A DNA stretch of 64,000 bases. Source: Thermoplasmata archaeon. GTDB lineage: Archaea; Thermoplasmatota; Thermoplasmata; Lutacidiplasmatales; UBA184. The DNA lies in assembly GCA_030037395.1 (NCBI GenBank), contig JASHRJ010000036.1, forward strand, positions 25,690 to 89,689, given 5' to 3'. Shown piece by piece: positions 28,924 to 37,768 of this stretch. The notes under the pieces were generated by a model. The model did not search any database. It was not told where the DNA came from and worked only from the letters and a program-made list of their open reading frames with translations. Both the position numbers and the translations under genes were made by a program. The stretch's first letter is position 1, and each line of letters opens with the position of its first letter.

Positions 28924-30654
28924 GTGGGGCTTCCCGAGGCCGTCGAGCTGCGCGCGCGCCGCGCGGTGCTCGAGAACGCCGTCGAGCACGAGGGCGAGGC
29001 GCGGACCGGCCCGGTGCTCGCCCGGCTTCTGGCCACCGACGCGTCGCTCCGTCCGCGGGCCGAGGAGCTGCGCTCGTTCGTGGCCGTTGCGGTCGCCGAG
29101 CTGCGGGGGGTACCGGTCGCCGAGCTCGCGGACCGGCTGGACCGTCTCGGCGGACCCGAGGCGTCCCGCCCGTCGGTCGCCCGCTCGGCGACCGGGACCT
29201 TCCCCGATCTGCCGGGGGCCGAACGGGGCAAGGTGGTCCTTCGGCTCGCCCCGTTCCCGAACGGCGTGCTCCATATCGGGCACGGCCGCCTGCTCTACGT
29301 GCACGATCACTATCGCCAGCAGTACGACGGGCGCATCCTGCTCGTCTTCGACGACACGATCGGATCCGACGAGAAGCGGGCCGAACCCGAGTTCTTCGAC
29401 CTGATCCAAGGCGACTGCGAGCTGGCGGGGGTCCGGCCGGACGCCGTCTACTACAAGTCGGACCGGATCCCGTCGCACTATCCGTGGGCCCGCCGCGTGA
29501 TCGAACACGGCGGTGCCTACGTCTGCCGGTGCCCGCCCGACCTCCTCCGGGAGAACCGCGCGGCCGGGCGGGCGTGCCCCGAGCGGAGCCAGGGACCGAC
29601 GGAAGCGCTCGAGGGGTGGGAGAAGATGCTCGCGAACGTCTACGGCCCGGGCGAGGCGGTCCTCCGGCTCCGGACCGACCTCGCGGAACCGGACCCGGCG
29701 TTCCGCGACCGGGTCCTGTTCCGCATCAGCGACCAGGCCCATCCTCGGGTCGGCACGAAGTACCGCGTTTGGCCGATGCTCGAGTTCTCCTGGGCAGTGG
29801 ACGACGTCGAGCTCGGGGTCACCCACGTCCTGCGGGGCAAGGAGCTCGTGATCGAGGACCGGATGCAGCGGTTCGTCTGGGACCTCCTCGGGATCCGGGG
29901 CCCGCCGTTCCTCCACTGGGGGCTGCTGCGGGTCCGCGAGGCGAAGGTGGCCAAGAGCAAGGCGAACCGAGAGGTCCGCAGCGGGGCCTACGACGGCTGG
30001 GCCGATCCCCGGACCTGGTCGCTCCGCTCGCTCGACCGGCGAGGGATCTCGATGGAGTCGCTGCGGGCGTTCATCCTGTCGTTCGGGATGTCGCTGACCG
30101 ACATCGACGTGCCCGCGGAGAGTCTCTATGCCGAGAACCGCAAGCGGATCGACGCGATCGCGCTCCGCCGCGCCTTCGTCTCCGCGCCGGTCCGGGTCGA
30201 CGTCGCCGGCTACCCGCTCGACCGCGGCGAGGTCACGCTTCCCAACCACCCCGATCGTCCGGAGCTGGGCGAGCGGACCGTCGCCGGCGGGCCGTCGTTC
30301 TACCTCGCGCGCCCGGACGCGGAGGCGCACGCCGGCGAGGAGGTCCGGCTGAAGGACCTGGTGAACGTCCGCCTGCCGCCCGCACCGTGGCCGGCGGGGA
30401 TCCCCGTGTCCGCCGAGTTCACGAGCCGGGAGAACCGCCGGCTTCCCCGGCTGCAGTGGGTCGGCACCGCCGACTCGGTACCGGTCGACGTGCTCCAGAT
30501 CGACGGGACCCACCTCGCCGGCGTCGGGGACCGCTCGCTGCGGACCGCCTTGCCGCGCGAGATCTTCCAGTTCGAAAGGGTCGGTTTCGTCCGGGTCGAC
30601 TCGGCCCCGCCGGCCCCCTCGGGCCCCCTCCGCGTCGTGTACGCGCACCCGTAG
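28924..30654 (+). CDS. gltX: Glutamyl-tRNA synthetase (archaeal)
   Basis: RLAPFPNGVLHIGH, FDDT, VTHVLRGKE, VAKSK, QFERVGFVR. Confidence 0.96.
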   Translation: MGLPEAVELRARRAVLENAVEHEGEARTGPVLARLLATDASLRPRAEELRSFVAVAVAELRGVPVAELADRLDRLGGPEASRPSVARSATGTFPDLPGAERGKVVLRLAPFPNGVLHIGHGRLLYVHDHYRQQYDGRILLVFDDTIGSDEKRAEPEFFDLIQGDCELAGVRPDAVYYKSDRIPSHYPWARRVIEHGGAYVCRCPPDLLRENRAAGRACPERSQGPTEALEGWEKMLANVYGPGEAVLRLRTDLAEPDPAFRDRVLFRISDQAHPRVGTKYRVWPMLEFSWAVDDVELGVTHVLRGKELVIEDRMQRFVWDLLGIRGPPFLHWGLLRVREAKVAKSKANREVRSGAYDGWADPRTWSLRSLDRRGISMESLRAFILSFGMSLTDIDVPAESLYAENRKRIDAIALRRAFVSAPVRVDVAGYPLDRGEVTLPNHPDRPELGERTVAGGPSFYLARPDAEAHAGEEVRLKDLVNVRLPPAPWPAGIPVSAEFTSRENRRLPRLQWVGTADSVPVDVLQIDGTHLAGVGDRSLRTALPREIFQFERVGFVRVDSAPPAPSGPLRVVYAHP

Positions 30655-30777
30655 GTCGAGGCCGACGTTTTTCTAGACCGCCCGGGCGTACTCGGCTGTC
30701 GATGGTGCCCGCGCGCCACGTCCGAACGGGCCTCGCGGGCGGGCGGGCGGACCTGGCCCGGAGGTAGAACGGTCGTC

Positions 30778-32010
30778 GTGTCGAGCAGGTCGGGCGACCC
30801 GTCCTCCCCGGACCGCCCTGCGCTGGGCGCCGTGTTCGTCGCGACGTTCTTCGTGCGGTTCGCCTTTGGGATCACGGTGGCGGTCTTCGCGAGCTACCTC
30901 GCGCGGCACGCCTCCGGGCTGACCGGCAGCGACGTTGGGACCGCCGGCGTGGTGAGCGCGCTCGCCCCGATCGGCGAGTTCTCCACCGTGCTGTTCAGCG
31001 GCGCGGCGGCCGACCGGTGGGGACGGTTCCCGGTCCTGTTCGGTGGCATGGCGGCCGCCGCGGCCCTGTTCGTGGGGATCTCGACCACCCGCTCGGTGGC
31101 CGCGCTGGGGGTGGCCAACCTCGCGTTCGGGGTCGCAAGCGGCGCGATCCTGGCCGCGAGCCTCGCCGTCGTCGCGGACCGCGCCGGGGCCGACGAGCGA
31201 GGGTACGAGATGGGTCGGTTCGACGCGATGAACCTGTTCGGCTGGATCGGAGGGTACGCCTTCGGTCTCGGCCTCGAGGGCGTCGTGCCGAACTCGGAGC
31301 TGGGGCTTGTCTTCCTCGGCGGGGCGGCGGCGATCGCCGCCGGGCTGGGGGCCGCCGCGGTCCTCGTCCGCGGCGTTCCCCGACCCCCGGATCGCCCCAC
31401 GTTCGCCTGGGGCCGGATCGTCCGCAGTGCCTTCCGTCGTCCGGTCCTGGTGGTGACGCTCCCCTGGCTCGTGATCTACAGCCTGCTCGGCACGGTGCTG
31501 GTCTTCCTCGGTCCCGCCGCCGGCGGGGTGGGGATCCGGCCGGGCTGGCTCGCGGTAGCGATCGGGGGCGTCGGCTCGCTCCTGGTGGTGACCCAGCCGG
31601 CGTTCGGCCGCCTCGCGGACCGGCTGGGACGGACGACGATGATGACGGTCGGCGCGGCCGGGTTCGGCCTCGCCCTGCTGTGCGCGGCGTTGCTGGTCCG
31701 GTTCGGGCTCAACTGGCCGCTCGTGGGGGGGGTCGGGGCCGGCGCGGCGATGGCGCTCGCCTACGGTCCGGCCGCTCTCGCCGCGCTCGCCGACCTGACC
31801 ACGGAGTTCGGGCGCGCGACCACGATGGCGATCTACTCGCTCACGATCTCGCTGGGGATGCTGATCGGCCTGGTGGCGTCGTCCAGCCTGTTCGCGAGCT
31901 TCGGGGAGGCAGGGCTCTACCCGTACTTCGGCGCCATCGCGCTCGTCCTCGTCGGCCTCACCGCCGTGCGGTGGACCGAGGGCCGCGCGGCTACGACTCC
32001 GGCTCGATGA
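30778..32010 (+). CDS. MFS transporter
   Basis: GAAADRWGR and GRLADRLGR motif A copies, about 12 TM. Confidence 0.9.
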   Translation: MSSRSGDPSSPDRPALGAVFVATFFVRFAFGITVAVFASYLARHASGLTGSDVGTAGVVSALAPIGEFSTVLFSGAAADRWGRFPVLFGGMAAAAALFVGISTTRSVAALGVANLAFGVASGAILAASLAVVADRAGADERGYEMGRFDAMNLFGWIGGYAFGLGLEGVVPNSELGLVFLGGAAAIAAGLGAAAVLVRGVPRPPDRPTFAWGRIVRSAFRRPVLVVTLPWLVIYSLLGTVLVFLGPAAGGVGIRPGWLAVAIGGVGSLLVVTQPAFGRLADRLGRTTMMTVGAAGFGLALLCAALLVRFGLNWPLVGGVGAGAAMALAYGPAALAALADLTTEFGRATTMAIYSLTISLGMLIGLVASSSLFASFGEAGLYPYFGAIALVLVGLTAVRWTEGRAATTPAR

Positions 32011-32875
32011 CGAGGTGCCGGACGACAGGATAGGTGGTCCGGACGGCGAGCGACACCTGGTCGATCGCCGTCTCGAGCTGGTCGGTGGTCAGGCCGTCCT
32101 GGAAGTTGATCTTGAGGGCGACCAGGGCGTCGTCGGGCCCCAGCTGCATCGACTGCAGCGAGCGGACGCGCACGACCCGGGGATCGCGCTCCACCAGGGC
32201 CCAGATCTGCCCGGCGAGCGGCGGCGCCAGCGCGCGGCCGACCAGGTACTCCCGGCTCTCCCCGGTGAGGACGAAGCCCGTCGAGACCAAGAGGAACCCC
32301 TCCGCGGCGGCGACCGCCCCATCGATCGCATCCAGGTGCGTCTGGTAGATGGCTAGCAGGCCGCCCAGCGCGAGGGCCGCCCCGACGATCGCGATCACGT
32401 CCTGGTAGAAGACCGCCTTCAGCCCCTCGTGCGACGACTCCAGGAGCCCCTGCAGCGTAGCTCGGCCCAGGCGGAGCTCCCGCAGGGTCACCCAGACGCC
32501 GAGCAGGCTCACGCCGAGGGTCGCGGCGACGACGATCAGCGCGACCCGTAGGTCTTCGATCGGACGGGGGGCGAGGAGCTGGTCGAGCCCGGTGACGAGC
32601 GCGACGATGCCGGCGATCGTGAACGTCACCACGATCGAGACGAACGCCCAGAAGAACCGCTCCTTGCCGAAGCCGAACGGGTGCTGAAGATCGGCCGGCC
32701 GGCGCGACAGCCGGAGCCCCCACAGCAGGAGGGCGCTTCCGGTGAGATCGGTGACCGTCAGGATCGCCTCGGCCAGGACGGTTCGGCTCCCCGAGAGCAG
32801 GGCGATCCAGAGGTTGGCGACGAACAGCGTCGCGTTGAGGATCAGCGCGGTGGTCAGAATGACCTGCGGTCGCAT
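31991..32875 (-). CDS. Cation diffusion facilitator family transporter
   Basis: SGSRTVLAEA, HPFGFGKERF, C-terminal cytoplasmic domain ending VIEPES; ATG at 32875. Confidence 0.88.
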   Translation of the reverse strand: MRPQVILTTALILNATLFVANLWIALLSGSRTVLAEAILTVTDLTGSALLLWGLRLSRRPADLQHPFGFGKERFFWAFVSIVVTFTIAGIVALVTGLDQLLAPRPIEDLRVALIVVAATLGVSLLGVWVTLRELRLGRATLQGLLESSHEGLKAVFYQDVIAIVGAALALGGLLAIYQTHLDAIDGAVAAAEGFLLVSTGFVLTGESREYLVGRALAPPLAGQIWALVERDPRVVRVRSLQSMQLGPDDALVALKINFQDGLTTDQLETAIDQVSLAVRTTYPVVRHLVIEPES

Positions 32876-33013
32876 CGGACCCCGGGGGCCCCCCGGGCAC
32901 CTTGAGAACGGCGGGCGGGGCATTAAGGATGCGTCACGGACGGTACGTGCCCCGCCGGTCGGTGCCCGGACCAACCGTTAAATCGCGGCGGCCGGTCCGC
33001 TCGAGGGCATTCT

Positions 33014-33985
33014 GTGAGCGAGCCGTCCCCCCGGGTCCGGGAAGGCAGGCCGTCGGGGACGGGGAGATCCCCGGCCGCCGCGCGAGGGGCCCGACCTGCC
33101 CTCCGTAGCCTGGGGCTGCCGCCGGGCAAGCTCGCCCGCCTGAAGCGCCTGCTGTACGGGCACGGCCCCGGGGGAGGTACGCTGTTGGTCCTTCCGATCG
33201 ACCAGGGCCTCGAGCACGGGCCGGTCGACTTCTTCGCGAACCCGGACGCTCTCGATCCCCGCTACCAGTACGAGCTGGCTCGGGACGGTAGGTTCAGCGC
33301 GATCGCGCTCCACATCGGCCTTGCGGAGAAGTATTTCCACGAGTACGCCGGGGAGGTCCCGCTCATCCTCAAGCTGAACGGGAAGACGGCGATCCCGCCG
33401 GACGGCCAGGCGTTCAGCTCGCTCACCGGGACCGTCGAGGACGCGGTCCGGCTCGGCGCCGACGCGGTCGGCTACACGGTGTACGTCGGCTCCCCCGCAC
33501 AAGACCGCGACTTCCGTCAGCTGCTCGACGTCCGGCGGGACGCCGACCGGCTCGGGATGCCGTTGATCGTCTGGGCGTACCCGCGAGGCGAGGCGGTCGC
33601 CAAGAGGGGCGGGAAGGAGAGCCTGTACGCGATCGACTACGCGGCCCGGGTCGCGCTCGAGCTCGGCGCGGACATCGTCAAGGTCAACTATCCGGTCGCC
33701 TCCGAGAAGGACGCCGAGAGCCCGCCGCCGTACAACACCCTCCGCCTCCCTCCCGAGGAAGCGTTCCACAAGGTCGTGGAGAGCGCCGGCCGCGCCCTCG
33801 TCCTGGTCTCGGGCGGCGAGAAGGTCCCGGACGCGGAGCTGCTCGGCAAGGTGCGGTCGTCGATGGACGCCGGGGCGACCGGCATCATCTTCGGCCGGAA
33901 CATGTGGCAGCGCCCTCGGGACGAGGCGCTGCGGATGACCCGGGAACTGCATGCGATCTTCCGCGAGTACGCGCAGCCCCCCTGA
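33014..33985 (+). CDS. fba: Class I fructose-bisphosphate aldolase (DhnA type)
   Basis: LPIDQGLEHGP, ILKLNG, AVRLGADAVGYTVY, WAYPRG, GADIVK, SGG, FGRN. Confidence 0.93.
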   Translation: MSEPSPRVREGRPSGTGRSPAAARGARPALRSLGLPPGKLARLKRLLYGHGPGGGTLLVLPIDQGLEHGPVDFFANPDALDPRYQYELARDGRFSAIALHIGLAEKYFHEYAGEVPLILKLNGKTAIPPDGQAFSSLTGTVEDAVRLGADAVGYTVYVGSPAQDRDFRQLLDVRRDADRLGMPLIVWAYPRGEAVAKRGGKESLYAIDYAARVALELGADIVKVNYPVASEKDAESPPPYNTLRLPPEEAFHKVVESAGRALVLVSGGEKVPDAELLGKVRSSMDAGATGIIFGRNMWQRPRDEALRMTRELHAIFREYAQPP

Positions 33986-34523
33986 GCCGCCGGTCCGGCT
34001 CTACGTGCTCGTCGTCGGCGACGACCATCCGCGCGCGTGCACCGGTCGCCGGCTTCTCCGGCGGGGGCTCGCCCGGCGGGGAGAGCGGCTCCCGGCCTTC
34101 GCCCCGGCGCCGATCCTCCTCGATCCGTACGCCCGGATCCCGCTCTCGGGGGCGGATCGGGCCCGGGCGTCCGCGGGGGGCCTCCTCGCCGTCGACTGCT
34201 CCTGGAACCGGCTCTCCGCGCGGCAGGGGCGCGGGGGGCCGGAGGCCCCTGGGGCCCGGCGGGGACCGAGCCGTAGGCTGCCGATGCTGCTCGCGGCGAA
34301 CCCGCAGCACTACGGCCGGCTCGCTGAGCTGAACACGGTCGAGGCGCTCGCGGCCGCACTGGCGGTGCTCGGCCGTCGCGCCGAGGCGGTGGAGCTGCTG
34401 CGGGGGTTTGCCGGCGGCCCCGCGTTCCTCGAGGTCAACCTCGCGCGCCTGGCCCGCTACGCCGCCGCTCCTACCGCCGAGACGGTCACCGAGGTGGAGC
34501 GGGCGTCGTTCACCGCGCTCTAA
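33951..34523 (+). CDS. tsr3: rRNA aminocarboxypropyltransferase Tsr3 (start uncertain)
   Basis: DHPRACTGRRL, VDCSW, RRLPMLLAANPQHYG, LNTVEALAAAL, FLEVN. Confidence 0.9.
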   Translation: MRSSASTRSPPEPPVRLYVLVVGDDHPRACTGRRLLRRGLARRGERLPAFAPAPILLDPYARIPLSGADRARASAGGLLAVDCSWNRLSARQGRGGPEAPGARRGPSRRLPMLLAANPQHYGRLAELNTVEALAAALAVLGRRAEAVELLRGFAGGPAFLEVNLARLARYAAAPTAETVTEVERASFTAL

Positions 34524-34717
34524 GCGACGCGGGCCCCTAGGTACCCCGCCGACCGTCCGCCCCCGTCGATCGCCTGCCCGGAGCCGGCGGTTCCGGTCGG
34601 GGCCGGCGCGCCTCCGCGCGTCGCGGCCGGACCCCACCGGCGGTCGCGCCGCGGGCGGCGCTCCTCGGCGGACCCCCGGCCGATGCCGCGAGGCGATCGC
34701 CCGCGGCCCGGGGAAGA

Positions 34718-34865
34718 TGCGGGGGGCCGGAGTTCCCGGCGGCCGGTCGATCCGGCCGTGCCGCCGTTTGAACCGGCGCATGCCCTAGGCAACAGGGTCC
34801 TAAGCCCTGCCTCGCTGACCCCCTCGGGTGGTCCCGACGGCTTGGCCGAGCTGGAGCACCCCCGC
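34718..34865 (-). tRNA. tRNA-Leu(TAG) with two non-canonical introns (21/22: 34815-34841; 59/60: 34732-34766)
   Basis: Acceptor GCGGGGG/CCCCCGC-A; anticodon arm CAGGG-CT-TAG-GA-CCCTG; variable stem TGCC/GGCA; removing 27+35 nt at BHB sites gives an 86-nt tRNA with T-loop TTCAAAT. Confidence 0.92.
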
Positions 34866-34892
34866 ACCGGAAGCGCGACGTGGCGGCCGGAG

Positions 34893-34999
34893 TAGCCCCG
34901 GCAGGAGTTCCGGCCGCAGGGGCGAATCGGGCCCGCGGCGTTCGAACCTGCGTCGCGAGATCCAGAGTCTCGCATGATTGGCCACTACACCACGGGGCT
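34893..34999 (-). tRNA. tRNA-Gln(CTG) with a T-loop intron at 59/60 (34907-34940)
   Basis: AGCCCCG/CGGGGCT-A (A1:U72); CGAGA-CT-CTG-GA-TCTCG; strict BHB; removing 34 nt gives a 73-nt tRNA with T-loop TTCGAAT. Confidence 0.95.
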
Positions 35000-35152
35000 A
35001 CGGCGCTGCCAGCGGAAGCCCGTTCATAAGAGTTGTCGGAGCGAACGGCCCGCCGGCGTCCCCGGGCGGAGCCACCGGCGCGGCGCCACCTGCCCCAAAT
35101 ACTCCGGCGCGGGTGGGCGGCTCGGCGCCCGAGGGGGGGTCGGGCCGAGGGG

Positions 35153-36907
35153 ATGACAACGCCCTTCCCGAGCGCAGCGCCCGCCGTGGTCGCGCGCGCG
35201 CGTCGGTTCCCGCTCGCGCCGGTGCTGTACGTCGCGCTGCCGCTCGTGACGGTCACGGTGGCCGCGGCGGGCGGCCAGCTCTCCGCGGCCGGCGTCGCGG
35301 GCTACCTCCCGACGGCGAGCGTGGACGTCCTCTACTCGTTTCTGCGCATGTCCGCGGCCTACGCGTTGTCGCTCGGCTTCGCGTTGGCCTACGGCTACTA
35401 CGCCGCGACGCACCGCGGCGGGGAGCGGGTGATGGTCCCGGTCCTGGACATCCTGCAGTCGGTCCCGATCCTGGGCTTCTTCCCGATCGTCATCGTCGTA
35501 TTCGTCAACCTGACCGGGCCGGGAACGTTCCTCGGCCCGAACCTCGCCTCCGTCTTCCTGATCTTCACCTCGATGTCCTGGAACATGGTCTTCGGGGTCT
35601 ACGAGTCGCTCCGCAGCGTACCGAACGATCTTCGCGAGGCGGCCGACACGTTCCGCCTGCGGGGCTGGCGGCGGTTCCGTCGCGTCCTCTTTCCGGCGAC
35701 CGTCAACCGGCTCGTGTACAATTCGGTCCTCTCATGGACCGGCGGATGGTTCTTCCTCGTCGAGGCCGAGATCTTCACGACGAACAGCTCGAGCCACACC
35801 GCCCTGCCGGGGATCGGGAGCCTCCTCTCGTTCGCCGCCGCGAGCGGCAACCGCGACGAGTTCGTCGCGGGCATGCTGCTGCTCGTGGCCGTCATCGTCC
35901 TGCTGGACTTCGCGCTGTGGCGCCCGCTGGGGCGGTGGGCGGACCGGTTCCGCTACGACCAGAGCCCGTCCGGGGAGACCGACCTCCTCGAGAGCCGGGG
36001 CGGGGCGGGCCGCCTGCGGCGCGCCGCTTCCGCGGTCACCCGGGGGGTCCGAACCGGGATGACGCGGATCAGCACCCCGTTCGTCCAGCTCGCGGCGATC
36101 CGGCTGCGGCCCAGCCGGCGGGCCGGCTCCGGTCGGGGGGCGTGGGCGTACTACGTCTCGCTCGGGGCGGTCCTCGTCGTCGCGTGGTTCATCCTGATCG
36201 CGATCGCCGTCGGGGTCTACGGGGTCCTCCGCGGGCCGATCCCGGGAGGCGTCCGAGCGCAGATCCTCCAGGTTCCGCTCGCGATGGCCGCCTCGCTGGG
36301 GCGGGTGACCGCCGCCTACCTCATCTGCCTCGCGATCGCCCTACCGCTCGCGATCGGCGTCGCCCGGCGGGCGCGCGCCGCCCGCGTCGGGCTGCCGGTG
36401 ATCGAGGTCGTCGCCTCCTTCCCGGCGACGGCGCTGTTCCCGCTGATCGTCTTTGGCCTGGTGCCGTACCTCGGCGAGCAGGGAGTGGCGCTCCTGATGC
36501 TGCTCACCGGGATGATCTGGTACCTTTTCTTCAACCTGCTCGCCGGCGCCCGCTCGCTCCCGCCGGATCTGGAGGAGGCGGCCCGCTCCTACGGCGTCAC
36601 CGGCCGCGGCTTCGTCCGGCGGGTCCTCCTGCCGAGCCTTTTCCCGGCGCTGGTCACCGGCTCGATCACCGCCTTCGGGGGCGGGTGGAACACGCTGATC
36701 GTCGCGGAGTACCTCAACGTGAACTCCACGCACTCCCTCAGCGTCCTCGGCATCGGCCAGATGATCGACATTGGCTACGCGGAGGCGCACGGGCTCCCGC
36801 TGATGGTGACGGCGCTCCTCACGCTCGTCGCCTCGGTGATCGCCATCAACGAGCTTTTGTGGAAACCCCTGTACCGCCGAGCCGTCGAGCGGTTCCGCTA
36901 CGACTGA
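35153..36907 (+). CDS. ABC transporter permease, NitT/TauT-like with duplicated TM domain
   Basis: LDILQSVPILGFFP; two EAA loops (DLREAA, DLEEAA); ATG at 35153. Confidence 0.9.
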   Translation: MTTPFPSAAPAVVARARRFPLAPVLYVALPLVTVTVAAAGGQLSAAGVAGYLPTASVDVLYSFLRMSAAYALSLGFALAYGYYAATHRGGERVMVPVLDILQSVPILGFFPIVIVVFVNLTGPGTFLGPNLASVFLIFTSMSWNMVFGVYESLRSVPNDLREAADTFRLRGWRRFRRVLFPATVNRLVYNSVLSWTGGWFFLVEAEIFTTNSSSHTALPGIGSLLSFAAASGNRDEFVAGMLLLVAVIVLLDFALWRPLGRWADRFRYDQSPSGETDLLESRGGAGRLRRAASAVTRGVRTGMTRISTPFVQLAAIRLRPSRRAGSGRGAWAYYVSLGAVLVVAWFILIAIAVGVYGVLRGPIPGGVRAQILQVPLAMAASLGRVTAAYLICLAIALPLAIGVARRARAARVGLPVIEVVASFPATALFPLIVFGLVPYLGEQGVALLMLLTGMIWYLFFNLLAGARSLPPDLEEAARSYGVTGRGFVRRVLLPSLFPALVTGSITAFGGGWNTLIVAEYLNVNSTHSLSVLGIGQMIDIGYAEAHGLPLMVTALLTLVASVIAINELLWKPLYRRAVERFRYD

Positions 36908-36912
36908 CCGGG

Positions 36913-37716
36913 GTGGGGACGCTGGCGATCATCCGGGTCGACCACGTCGACAAGTCCTTCCCCACCCGCCACGGAACGATCGCCATCATGCAGGACATCA
37001 CGTTCGACGTGAAGGACGCCGACTTCCTCGCGATCGTCGGCCCGTCCGGCTGCGGAAAGTCGACGCTGCTGCGGTTGATCCAGGGGCTCGACCGCCCAAC
37101 GGCGGGCTCGATCGTCTTCCGCGACCGGAAGGTCGACGGCGTGGCCGAGGGGATGGCGATGGTCTTCCAGAACTTCGCGCTGTTCCCCTGGCTCACCGTC
37201 AGCGAGAACGTCGCCTTCGGACTCGAGGCGCTCGGCTGGGAGCCCGAGCGGATCACCTCCCAGGTGGAGCGGTACGTCAACGTCACCGGCCTCGACGGCT
37301 TCGAGGAGGCGTACCCGCGCGAGATCTCGGGCGGGATGCGCCAACGGGTGGGTCTCGCGCGCGCGCTCGCGGTCGAGCCGACGGTCCTGCTCATGGACGA
37401 GCCGTTCAGCGCGCTGGACGCGCTGACCGCCGAGGGGCTTCGCGAGGAGGTCCTCCAGCTCTGGCGCGACCCGCAGCTCCCCCCGGAAGCGGTGATCCTT
37501 GTGACCCACAACATCGAGGAAGCGATCCAGCTCGCCGACCGCGTCGTGGTCCTCTCCCGCCGTCCGGGGCATGTCCTGGCGGAGGTCCCGGTCGAGCTTC
37601 CGCGGCCGCGCGACCGCAAGTCGCCCGCGTTCTACGACCTCACCGATAGGGTGTACTCGCTGATCACGGAGGGGGGCGCGCCGCCCGCCAGCGCCGGCGG
37701 TCCGGCGGCCTCGTGA
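36913..37716 (+). CDS. ABC transporter ATP-binding protein, NitT/TauT family
   Basis: GPSGCGKST, FQNFALFPW, ISGGMRQR, LMDEPFSALD, VTH. Confidence 0.93.
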   Translation: MGTLAIIRVDHVDKSFPTRHGTIAIMQDITFDVKDADFLAIVGPSGCGKSTLLRLIQGLDRPTAGSIVFRDRKVDGVAEGMAMVFQNFALFPWLTVSENVAFGLEALGWEPERITSQVERYVNVTGLDGFEEAYPREISGGMRQRVGLARALAVEPTVLLMDEPFSALDALTAEGLREEVLQLWRDPQLPPEAVILVTHNIEEAIQLADRVVVLSRRPGHVLAEVPVELPRPRDRKSPAFYDLTDRVYSLITEGGAPPASAGGPAAS

Positions 37717-37768
37717 GAAGGCTTTAATCCCGCCCCCGGTAGTCTCACGGAGGTCCCTAGCGGGCGCC

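Noticed and set aside
34524..34717. Possible RNase P RNA, SRP RNA or a third tRNA downstream of tRNA-Leu(TAG)
   Set aside because: It can form GC hairpins but lacks the RNase P/SRP conserved motifs and any T-arm or anticodon arm; pairing is expected at this GC content.
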